Origin: Octopus sinensis
Lineage: Eukaryota
Length of the DNA stretch: 64,000 bases
Assembly: GCF_006345805.1 (NCBI RefSeq)
Contig: NC_042997.1
Span: 36,518,001 to 36,582,000 of the forward strand
Direction of reading: 5' to 3'
Positions 54,392 through 64,000 of this stretch are shown piece by piece; within the stretch, counting starts at the first letter, position 1; every line of letters starts with the position of its first letter. The notes under the pieces were generated by a model. It did not search any database and was not told the DNA's origin. It was given only the letters and a program-made list of their open reading frames with translations. Made by a program: the position numbers and the translations under genes.

Positions 54392-55004
54392 TTGTTGCTA
54401 AAACAATTTACGATGCCATCCGCAAACATGACTGTCCTTAAATACCCTTAGAAAATCCTTCTGTTATGGAATTCATTCATAAACACCAACCCAAAGAATA
54501 CTGGTGCAATATTCCCAAGATGACTTCTGTCAAATGTAAACATAACAGGCCGGATAGAGTTGTACAGGACAGAGGTATGTACCGTCATAGAGATCAGCTA
54601 TCCTGCAGATATAAATACCTCTTTGAAAACTGCTTCGAAACTTCCAGCTTCTATATCCAGACTATGAATTCATACCCATACCAATAATAATTGGAGAACT
54701 AAGTTTTGTTAGTAAATGGTTAAAGGAGAATCTGGATAACCTGGGATTTTCAAGAAGACAAAAGAACCGGCTAATTTGTATATTAGAAGTGCAATTTGTG
54801 AGTGGAACAGTAATATTAGGCAAAACTTTTTTTAAGTTCCGAATGTGAATTTGTCTGTGTTAACAACATCCCACACATGGAGTCTTATATATTTGTTGGA
54901 AACCGGCAATCTTCTCAGTGGAAGATCTATAATAATGAAAAAATAAAAATACATACATACATAACATACAGAAAAACGTAGACACAAATATAAATAAGGT
55001 ATCC

Positions 55005-55146
55005 TTACAGTTTCCCTTAACCAGATCCACACATAAAGCTTTCGTCAGTCCGAGGTTATAGTAAAAAACATTTGCCAAGGTGCCACGCAATGCGACTGAA
55101 CTTGGAACCTTGAAGCAGGACAAGAAACTTGTTACCACATAGCCAT
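55005..55146 (-). mobile_element. Degenerate 5' part of SINE family D; a plus-strand 3' fragment follows at about 55320-55430
   Basis: TTGCCAAGGTGCCACGCAATGCGACTGAAC…TTACCACATAGCCA matches the family D head in reverse. Confidence 0.65.
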
Positions 55147-55775
55147 ATATTATACGTGTATGTGTGTATATATATAAATATACATATACATATATGCATA
55201 TGTATATATATATATGTGTGTGTGTGTATCTGTATATATAGCTACTTACCACACAGTCACGCCTCATATCGCTATATTTATATGCGTTTGTCTTTTTCTA
55301 TTTGCTCCCTCCCCCAATTCTTGTCAGCCGATGATGGTATGTAAGCGGTTCGGCAGAAGAGCGTGATAAATTAAGATCTAGGCTTACAATGTACTGGGGT
55401 CATTTTCCTGAGCTGAAAACCCTTTCAAGTAAAAGAATTAAAGACTAATATAATACAAAGTCATAGGGTTGGCCAAAATTCACAGAAAATCTCGACCATT
55501 CAATTCCAAGAGTGAAATAAAAAATTATCTTATATGTCACTTCGCTAACAACGAGACAACATTCAGTTATTAAACATTCATAATTGGAAGAATAAATAAA
55601 ATTGAATATTAAGTATTTATGGAATTTTGGTTTACTGACAGGTGATTTTGGCCAATATATATATATATATTTATATATTTATATATATACATATATGTAT
55701 ATGTGTGTGTATTATGTGTATACACACACACACACATATATATATATATAATATACATATACATATATGCATATG

Positions 55776-55808
<33 letters not shown>

Positions 55809-55839
55809 ATTTGTGTATGTGTGAGTGTTTGTATATATA

Positions 55840-55880
<41 letters not shown>

Positions 55881-56705
55881 TATAGTTAGATAGGAAGTTA
55901 GGCAGGTAAGCAGGTAAGCAGATGGATCAGTCCGATTGGGAATGTTGTGCGTGAGCATATGTGCATATACACATCTGTATAATTTTTTTAATATTTTCTA
56001 TTTTCATAAAGTGTCAGAAAGTTTATGCCAGAATTGTGGTAATGGGATTCCTGAAAACCAGCACAAGCTGTTCGTTTTTCGGCTCGGATGTGACATCATC
56101 AATCAAAGATTAATATGCATCATCCTCATGAAAGAAAACTTAATTTTTGGGGAAAAATTGAGAAGGAAAACCATAACCATTCTAAAGGCTGAAAAATTTA
56201 AGGTCACAATTAATAATCAATTGTTCTGTACATGAACATGCTGCACCATAAATTTATTTATTCTTATTTGAATTTACATAGGGAAAAAATTACCATTTGA
56301 AACCTTCCGTGTTATTGTCTCTGGACTTAATGCATTTTTGTTACCATTTTAATAACATCAATAATTTCGTATTCTTTTAGCTCACGTTTTGCTTCTTAAA
56401 CGTATTACTACACATCTCGAATTTTTATACCGTAGACATAGTCAAAATACAGGATACTTGACACAAAGATTATCGTCACTGCACAGTATGTATAAAACTT
56501 TCGGAATACGTCACGATATTCCAGTTTTCTTTGCATCTGCATTTTTCATTGAAATGCCATTACTATGTAAATATTAGAGTCTTGCTTCTGAAGTAGTACT
56601 GCAAATTTTATTTAAGATGGCTGTCCTTTATCAGGCTATTCTAAATAAATCTACAACAATTTTAATGGAACATCTGGCCATACTAGAAGTATATTAAACT
56701 ACCAC

Positions 56706-56741
<36 letters not shown>

Positions 56742-56814
56742 CTCAAATATGTCGACAGTTGAACACACATCTTTCTCTAGCAATATATATACATATATAT
56801 ATATATATATTATA

Positions 56815-56890
<76 letters not shown>

Positions 56891-56916
56891 CATACATATA
56901 TATATATATATATATG

Positions 56917-56972
<56 letters not shown>

Positions 56973-57442
56973 TGGTAAAAACGGTGAGATAACAAAAGAA
57001 AGAAAGAGACCTCCATATTATGTAAATAGAGGAAATTTATCTATAAAATAATATTGCATACCCACAAACATGTAATATTAATCACTTTTAAGTTGTCCAG
57101 TTTTATCTTTCTATTTCTGGAAGACATCTTGCACATCACTATATCTCTGAATTTGAATTTTACTCTAGCTTGGTACACATGAATTAAACATATCTACCAT
57201 TGAAAGCGTTAACCAATGCCATGAGTTTTATGCGGATTACACTTGATACAGAGAATGCTTAAAGCTTTTCAATCTACGCAGCAGTTGTGCATCATGTAAA
57301 GCTTTAGCAGCAACATCTGTTTTTCACGTTTGTTTTTTATTTCGGTCATTCCATCCTGGGACTGCGTTTCTAAGTGACTAAATGTAGGGACTAGATGTAT
57401 TCTATGGCTAATTTATGACAAATCCATGGGAATGAAAGAAAA

Positions 57443-57739
57443 TCTTTATATATAAAAGTGAAGTTGTGTGTCTGTCTCCTACGATTTAGATTCCTAACTA
57501 CTCCCACATTTTGCAGTGCAGTTTAACCAAAAGCGGGTATCTTATAGTCGTGATTCATATCGAGGCCTTCTGGGTATTAGCGCGCGTCTACGATGAGTCT
57601 ACGATTTAAAAAAAAATTACCATCATTTTTTCCCATTTTTAATGCATTTTTTGCTATTATATAATGGACGTAACTCTTAAAAAATGCTTAGATAGTTATT
57701 TCCCTTACAAACCCGAGCAACGCCGGGCGATACTGCTAC
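57443..57739 (+). mobile_element. Non-autonomous Helitron, shorter copy
   Basis: Same 5' TCTTTATATATAAAAGT and 3' CCCGAGCAACGCCGGGCGATACTGCTAC (CTAG changed to CTAC). Lacks the internal duplication of the 54006 copy. Confidence 0.85.
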
Positions 57740-57929
57740 TATGCGATAAAAGCTTTACACTGTATCTCATTTTAAAATGTCAATTAATCTGGCTTATAAA
57801 TGACAGTTTGCTAGTGCAGATGCTTATACACAAACCGCACATAAATTTACAAAAGTAGAGAAGACAAAATCTCGTTATAATCGTTATAATCGTATCCAAA
57901 ATCAAAACCGGAATGACATTTATTAATTT

Positions 57930-58395
57930 ATATTATTTACATTTGACGGACATTTGTTCTCGTCTTGTTTCATGTTAACACAACGTTTCGGCTGATCTAC
58001 CCTCCTGCCTTCATCAGGTGTATTGGGGAGATTTCGAACCTGGGTTCTCATTCCTAAGGTATTTTTCGATGTTATTATTTTTATTATTATTGTTATTATT
58101 ATTTTGTTGTTGTTGTTGCTGTTGTTGTTATTATTATTATTAACATTCACTTCTATATTTAAGAGACGAGGAATTATGTACATTACTTACATTATTTACA
58201 TTTGACGGATATTTGTCCTCATCTTGTTTGTTGTTAACATAACTTTTCGGTTGATGTACCTTCCAGTTTCATCAGGTGTCTTGGGGAACCTGGGTTCTCA
58301 TTCCTAATGTATTTTTCGTTGTTAGTATTATTATTATTATTATTATTATTATATTATTATTATCATTATTATTATTATTATTATTATTATTAATT
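57930..58395 (-). mobile_element. Two tandem headless family H tails, each with its (AAT/AAC)n linker
   Basis: 57930-58141 and 58150-58395 both match 16507-16800. No tRNA head follows either linker. Confidence 0.82.
57975..58021 (-). ncRNA. Minimal type I hammerhead, best-preserved family H copy
   Basis: Minus strand: ACAC-CTGATGA-A-GGCAG GAGGGTAGAT CAGCC-GAAAC-GTT-GTGT. Intact core and loopless stem III inside the palindrome AACGTT. Confidence 0.72.
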
Positions 58396-58819
58396 TGTGT
58401 AAATGCATGTACAAAATCCATTGCTCTTTTGATATTAAGGGTGCGTGTGTTTTTCCTTCGATGATTCAACTGTAATTCTACTTGTCACTACATCTTTGTT
58501 CATTGCGACAATGCACGACAAAAAACGTCATTGAAGTCCTGGTCCGCGAAAATAATTTTTCTTTGAAATTGTTTTTCATCATTATGTCTCGAAAACATCA
58601 CTAAATTTTCAGTTGAGAAGAGAAACAATAGGACGCATTCGATTCCATAGTATGCTTATAACTATATGAACGCATGTACATGTGTGTGTGTATGTGAGTG
58701 TTTATGTATGTGTGCGCGCGTGTGCGCCTTTTTGTACGGTGTGTATATATCTCTATATGTGTATGTAAGTGCATATACAGAGATACAGAGATGATCACAT
58801 TTTTACCTACCTACTCCTG

Positions 58820-58820
58820 C

Positions 58821-58884
<64 letters not shown>

Positions 58885-58890
58885 ATATCT
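58820..58890. repeat. (ATCT)n tetranucleotide microsatellite
   Basis: Direct reading; another tract at about 20488-20524. Confidence 0.95.
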
Positions 58891-59972
58891 ATCTATCTAG
58901 AGCTATTTAGCTTTCTGTCTGTCTCTTTCTCTCTCTCTCCCTCTCTATTTATTTATCTGTCTATCTGTCTCTAGATACATTTTAACTATACATACCCGTA
59001 CACACATAGATGAATATACACACAAATACATGTATATATGGTTGTATATATTAGTGTATGCATAAACACTTATACATAAATATCTATCGATATTCAAGCA
59101 AAGTAATATTGAATATTATAATTGGAGCAAATAACGTATAATTGTATGCTGTTAAATATCAAGAAGATATTTAATAAACGGTATGTATTGAGAATCATTC
59201 CTATCTCGCCGAGTTGACTCATTTATGTTTCATTGGTGTGCGTTTTAAAAAATTAGTTTGTCCTTTTCGATTCGAAGATAGTTCATTTTATTTCCAAGCC
59301 GACGTCAAATAATCTATAGCAATGATTTAAAACAGACCATTAATAGCACACCGGTAATTTCTTCTTATCACAATAATTATGTGTGTTATTATTTGAGAGC
59401 ATGAATGAGATTTAGAAACATATTGAAAGAAAGATAGATTGTTAAAATGTCATTAATAACAAAGAATTTATTACTGGTTAATATTTCCAACTTCACTCGT
59501 ACCCTATCACTTGCATTTTTGTTCTGAATCAATTACAGAAATGATAAGCAAGCGCTGGCTGACCCACAAAGCAATTATGAGTGAAGGAACATATTTCGTG
59601 TGCTAACACAGATTTGCGATACATAAATTTTGTGGATTAGTATTTGCGAGGGGAGGTGATCGCTCCCTTCCCTAGCTTTAAGTAATGCTCACATACTCGA
59701 GTTTTGGGCTGATTACCCGTCCGCAGCGTGTGTTAATTACCTGCTACTGATGAAAACTCTCCCCTACTCAAAAAATACTATTACTACATGCTTTATCCAG
59801 CACCGAACTGTCGCTAGTTTTTAAAAAAAAGGACAAATAAGCTATATTGAATCTGTGAGCGAGATGAAAACAGTAGCAAAACGGAATAGCGACACGGGAC
59901 ATTCTTTACCACGGGACATTCTTTTAGCGTGTAATAATTTACCCAATAGACTATATATTATCCATATAAATA

Positions 59973-60252
59973 CTGTGTACATTTAAACACATAAGAGGCA
60001 TCCATCATAGGACTCCTTGCACACTAGAGAGAACAGTTAAATTCCAAACAACTATTAGGGATAACATTTCGAAGGGAATGAAAAATAAAATCATTTACCA
60101 TCTAACTCCCGAAGACATTGGTCCAGGAGTTAGATGGTAAATATTCTTAGTTTTCAATCCCTTCGAAATTTTATCCCTAATAGTGGTTTGGAATTTAACT
60201 CTCTAGCTTGCAAGGAGTCCTATGATGGATGCCTCTTGTGTGATTAATTGTA

Positions 60253-60257
<5 letters not shown>
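59973..60257. mobile_element. 285-bp whole-length fold-back MITE with TA flanks
   Basis: The arms pair along almost the whole length, e.g. AAGAGGCATCCATCATAGGACTCCTTGC with GCAAGGAGTCCTATGATGGATGCCTCTT, and ATTTACCATCTAACTCC with GGAGTTAGATGGTAAAT. Loop of about 16 nt. Confidence 0.85.
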
Positions 60258-60313
<56 letters not shown>

Positions 60314-60923
60314 TATATAGGTACATGATATCACTAGAGAAGCAGAAAACATGGTATATGTTAACAAACGAGGAAAAAAATCTAGTAAATACGTTAACAA
60401 CAAAGCTATGGAAAACAGAACAAGTGAACACAGAGAAAGCATCCTCCATCAGTTGTTGGCTGTCTAACTACTCCTCATTTGAAGCATTCAATGACAATAC
60501 AAGTTTTCCTTTGCTTCCATAAATTCTAAAATAAAGGTTAGGATTTATGGATGGTCAAAGTTGGGAAAAAAACGACAGAGGAGACATAGAAGGAAACCGA
60601 ATGAAAGCAATCATGCAGGGTCGTTAGAGCAGAATGAGAGTAAAATAGTGAATGCTGGGAGAAACAGTTTTTTGAAAACAGAAAAGAAAGAATGTGAGAG
60701 AGAGAGAGAAAAATATACGTTCATTTTAACATACGTGCAGGAAAAGAAAATTTATCACGTGAAGAAAAGAAAGGTGGGCGATGAAAACGTGTAGGCAACG
60801 TGAGAGATAGAATAAAGAGAAATAGAGGAGAGATAGATAGAATAAAGTGATGGATGAGTTGGAGAAAAAGGGGATTAGAGAAGGATGGAGAAAGAAAACA
60901 GTATAGTGCAGAGATTTTTACAT

Positions 60924-60954
<31 letters not shown>

Positions 60955-61111
60955 TGGCAGGGCTGGCCTGCTAGGTAGCCGGCCAGAATGCTAGAAGAAG
61001 ATCATCAACGATCAAACTACAAGGGAAATTCTCTAGAGGAAGAATTCAGCGAACACCAGAACCAACTTTGGCGGGCAGGACATATGAAAAATTAAATAAA
61101 TAACAGACTTA

Positions 61112-61187
61112 AATGCATACCTCGGTTTCGGTCTTAACAAAAGAATTACTTGCATAATTCAAGTGTCCGTGACTTCATCAGTACATT
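61112..61187 (-). ncRNA. Type I hammerhead ribozyme, copy 1
   Basis: AATGTA-CTGATGA-AGTC…GACC-GAAAC-CGAG-GTA-TGCATT, with an A10.1/C11.1 mismatch. Confidence 0.75.
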
Positions 61188-61657
61188 CGGTCCTCGAGAT
61201 GCAAACCGCAAGACTAACCCCAGCTCTCTGTGTCAAGACAGACACGTGCTTAGTCTTACTGATTACATCGGGAATAAAATTTCAAATGTCTTGGTTCTGG
61301 CGCGCTGAGAGACTCCTGAAGCGAAGGGCTGCAGTGAATAATTCACTGCGGGTAGTGCTTACAACTAGGGAACGTATTTATTTAAATATTTAAAAATTGA
61401 GGGAGATAAATTAATATTAATTTTAATATCAATTTAAAACCAGTAGTCCAGCATTCAAAAAATCTGAGGAGTCAGAGAAAATTCAAATATATGTGTATAT
61501 TGGCAGGGCTGGCCTGCTAGGTAGCCGGCCAGAATGCTAGAAGAAGATCATCAACGATCAAACTACAAGGGAAATTCTCTAGAGGAACAATTCAGCGAAC
61601 ACCAGAACCAACTTTGGCGGGCAGGACTTATGAAAAATTAAATAAATAACAGACTTA

Positions 61658-61733
61658 AATGCATACCTCGGTTTCGGTCTTAACAAAAGAATTACTTGCA
61701 TAATTCAAGTGTCTGTGACTTCATCAGTACATT
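61658..61733 (-). ncRNA. Type I hammerhead ribozyme, copy 2, 546 nt from copy 1
   Basis: Same motif as 61112-61187. Confidence 0.75.
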
Positions 61734-61834
61734 CGGTCCTCATTTTATTCCCGATGTAATCAGTAAGACTAAGCACGTGTCTGTCTTGACACAGAGAGCT
61801 GGGGTTAGTCTTGCGGTTTGCATCTCGAGGACCG

Positions 61835-61910
61835 AATGTACTGATGAAGTCACGGACACTTGAATTATGCAAGTAATTCTTTTGTTAAGACTGAAACCAA
61901 GGTATGCATT
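61835..61910 (+). ncRNA. Type I hammerhead ribozyme, copy 3, fully paired
   Basis: Stem I AATGTA/TGCATT, CTGATGA, stem II AGTC/GACT, GAAA, stem III AC-CAAG-GT, cleavage triplet GTA. Confidence 0.82.
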
Positions 61911-62184
61911 TAAGTCTGTTATTTATTTAATTTTTCATATGTCCTGCCCGCCAAAGATGGTTCTGGTGTTCGCTGAATTGTTCCTCTAGAGAATTTCCCT
62001 TGTAGTTTGATCGTTGATGATCTTCTTCTAGCATTCTGGCCGGCTACCTAGCAGGCCAGCCCTGCCAATATACACATATATTTGAATTTTCTCTGACTCC
62101 TCAGATTTTTTTAATGCTGGACTACTGGTTTTAAATTGATATTAAAATTAATATTAATTTATCTCCCTCAATTTTTAAATATTT

Positions 62185-62238
<54 letters not shown>

Positions 62239-64000
62239 GTAAATATGCAAATGCATCAATTTGAAAGAAAAGTATCTCTTCAGACGCAGATAATTATATA
62301 GATTCTCCACATAAAGGAACCAATCATATTTAACAAATTTAAAAATTCATCGATAAAATAAATGGAGTCGCTTGGAACAGCCGTAATATATTGATACCTG
62401 TGCATACTTGTTATTTATTTACATTTTGTTTCGCTAACTTTGATCTGTGTGGACTATAGCGAACTTGTAAACTGCCTCAAATTAAGTATCTAATTTAACT
62501 GAATCGTAATTATATGTATGTGTGTGTGTTTGTAAGTATATATACATGCATACATACATATATACATATATAAAACTATATATGTATGTATATAAACACA
62601 ATGAATGTGAATGTATATATTGTATATATACATATATAATATGTTTTACACATCTCACAATGATGACGATAGCGATATCAATATCATGACACGATGACAA
62701 ATGATATATTACAGGAAAGATTCGACCGATGGATACGAAGAAAGAAATCTAAGAAGGTACTTACGAGCAGTGAAGCAGGCGAATATACATCTTTGATCAT
62801 ATTCAGAAATGTTTTCTGAACAAATATAACACATTTTAAACGTGAAATTATAGATATTTTCACTTCTGCACGCATTATGGCTTGGCATATGTAAACATTT
62901 ACACTACCATAAAGGAAAATACATGTTCACTTCATAACGAATATTTCAAGTTTCGAAAAATTAAAGTTTCATAATATATGGGGGTTAATCACATTTAGTA
63001 CTATGTATTCGCTAAAATAATGAAGAAATTTGTGTTTTGAGTATCCTAGTGACAAGATGTACGTAACTCTCAAGTGTAAAAGAAACAAATGAAAAATATA
63101 AGTTCATTAACTGATTTTTTAGGTTAGTCGTACTTTTTAATTAAATTGTACATGAAAATCTATGTTGTCTAGTGCCAAATATTACGAACGTATAATCTTT
63201 AAATAATGTATATTCTCTTCTCGGATTTTCATATTCTAGCTATCTTGCTTAATGAATAGAAAATTGTATGAGAAGTTTGTATGTTATAACTCAGTCAAAG
63301 CGTTTGGAGCAATACAACGTCGCAGTTAACCACTTAGCGTGCTGTACTACGGTCATTGTTTGCAAGGAGAATAAAAAAGAACATTTCACGATATTAAAGA
63401 GATAGAAATTTTACAAAACGAGATCTTCTGTACCTTAATGTCACCATTCGTCACTTGTATTATGCAGGTGTGTTATTACATTTCACTATGCTAAAATAGA
63501 TGTAAAGATTGTTTAAAACGAAGATCTAGAGATTTGCTTTGTCTGAGCAATGTCCAGGCTTGAATACTGTCGAAAATTTATGGCAAATCATTAAGTTAGA
63601 ATAGAATTCGAGAGCAAATACGATGAACGTGTAGATGACGGGGAATTACAAATTAGAACCGACATTATTGAAATTCTCAGTGACAGTTTGATTTAAAGAA
63701 TTAAAATAAACTACAACATAATCGTGCTAGAGGCAATGATTACTAATGTTTAGTAATGAATAAACATAAATTCTATCTTTGAAGAAAATTCTGAATAAAA
63801 TAAAATATATTTAATTCAACAAAGTTACTACTGAACGCAAAAGAAATATGAAAAATGTATAGATTCGCTATTTGTAATATATATATTTTTGCTTGTGTGT
63901 GTGTGTGCGTGCCTGCGTGTGAAAGACTATGTTGATGTATGTGAATATGTGTGTATATGTATGTACGTCTGTGTGTTTATATATATATATATGCAGGTAC

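Larger units (their letters stand above)
51930..54840 (+). pseudogene. Long degraded R4/Dong-like LINE ORF hosting a SINE and a Helitron
   Basis: NYRPIACLNTMYKLYT, DYKKSFDTIPH, GIFQGDSLSVLLF, FVDDL, YNYLSIDE, VDRLYLRRNKGGR and RWHDIVAK (after removing the Helitron). Confidence 0.88.
60946..62184. mobile_element. Retrozyme-like element 2: 546-bp unit; about 1.45 units joined at 61741 to about 0.8 unit inverted; embedded in (TA)n
   Basis: TTGGCAGGGCTGGCC at 60954 and 61500 (period 546). 61742-62184 is the reverse complement of the permuted unit and crosses the unit junction. Three hammerhead copies. Confidence 0.85.

Noticed and set aside
59740-59790. CTGATGA as a hammerhead core
   Set aside because: No stem II or GAAAC follows; probably chance.

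Overview
AT-rich, microsatellite-dense eukaryotic genomic DNA. The SINE families and repeat landscape look like an octopus or other coleoid cephalopod; this is inferred from recognition, not from a database search. No intact host protein-coding gene is recognisable, and almost all supplied ORFs are artefacts of (TA)n, (CA)n or (AAT)n repeats. The window contains: four tRNA-derived SINE families; decayed LINEs (CR1-like, several R4/Dong-like, possible L1/Tx1 and RTE relics, a Penelope-like GIY-YIG relic); two mariner copies; two non-autonomous Helitrons; and two fold-back MITEs. The main finding is a set of non-coding elements carrying type I hammerhead ribozyme motifs. At 26.1-27.3 kb (490-bp unit) and 60.9-62.2 kb (546-bp unit), two unrelated sequences occur as longer-than-unit, circularly permuted copies joined to an inverted copy and embedded in (TA)n. 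This fits retrozyme-like RNA circles or multimers copied back into the genome. A tRNA-headed SINE with a minimal hammerhead in its 3' tail and several degenerate hammerheads from other families are also present. Coordinates were read by eye. Ends of degraded elements are approximate, and all RNA folds are manual.
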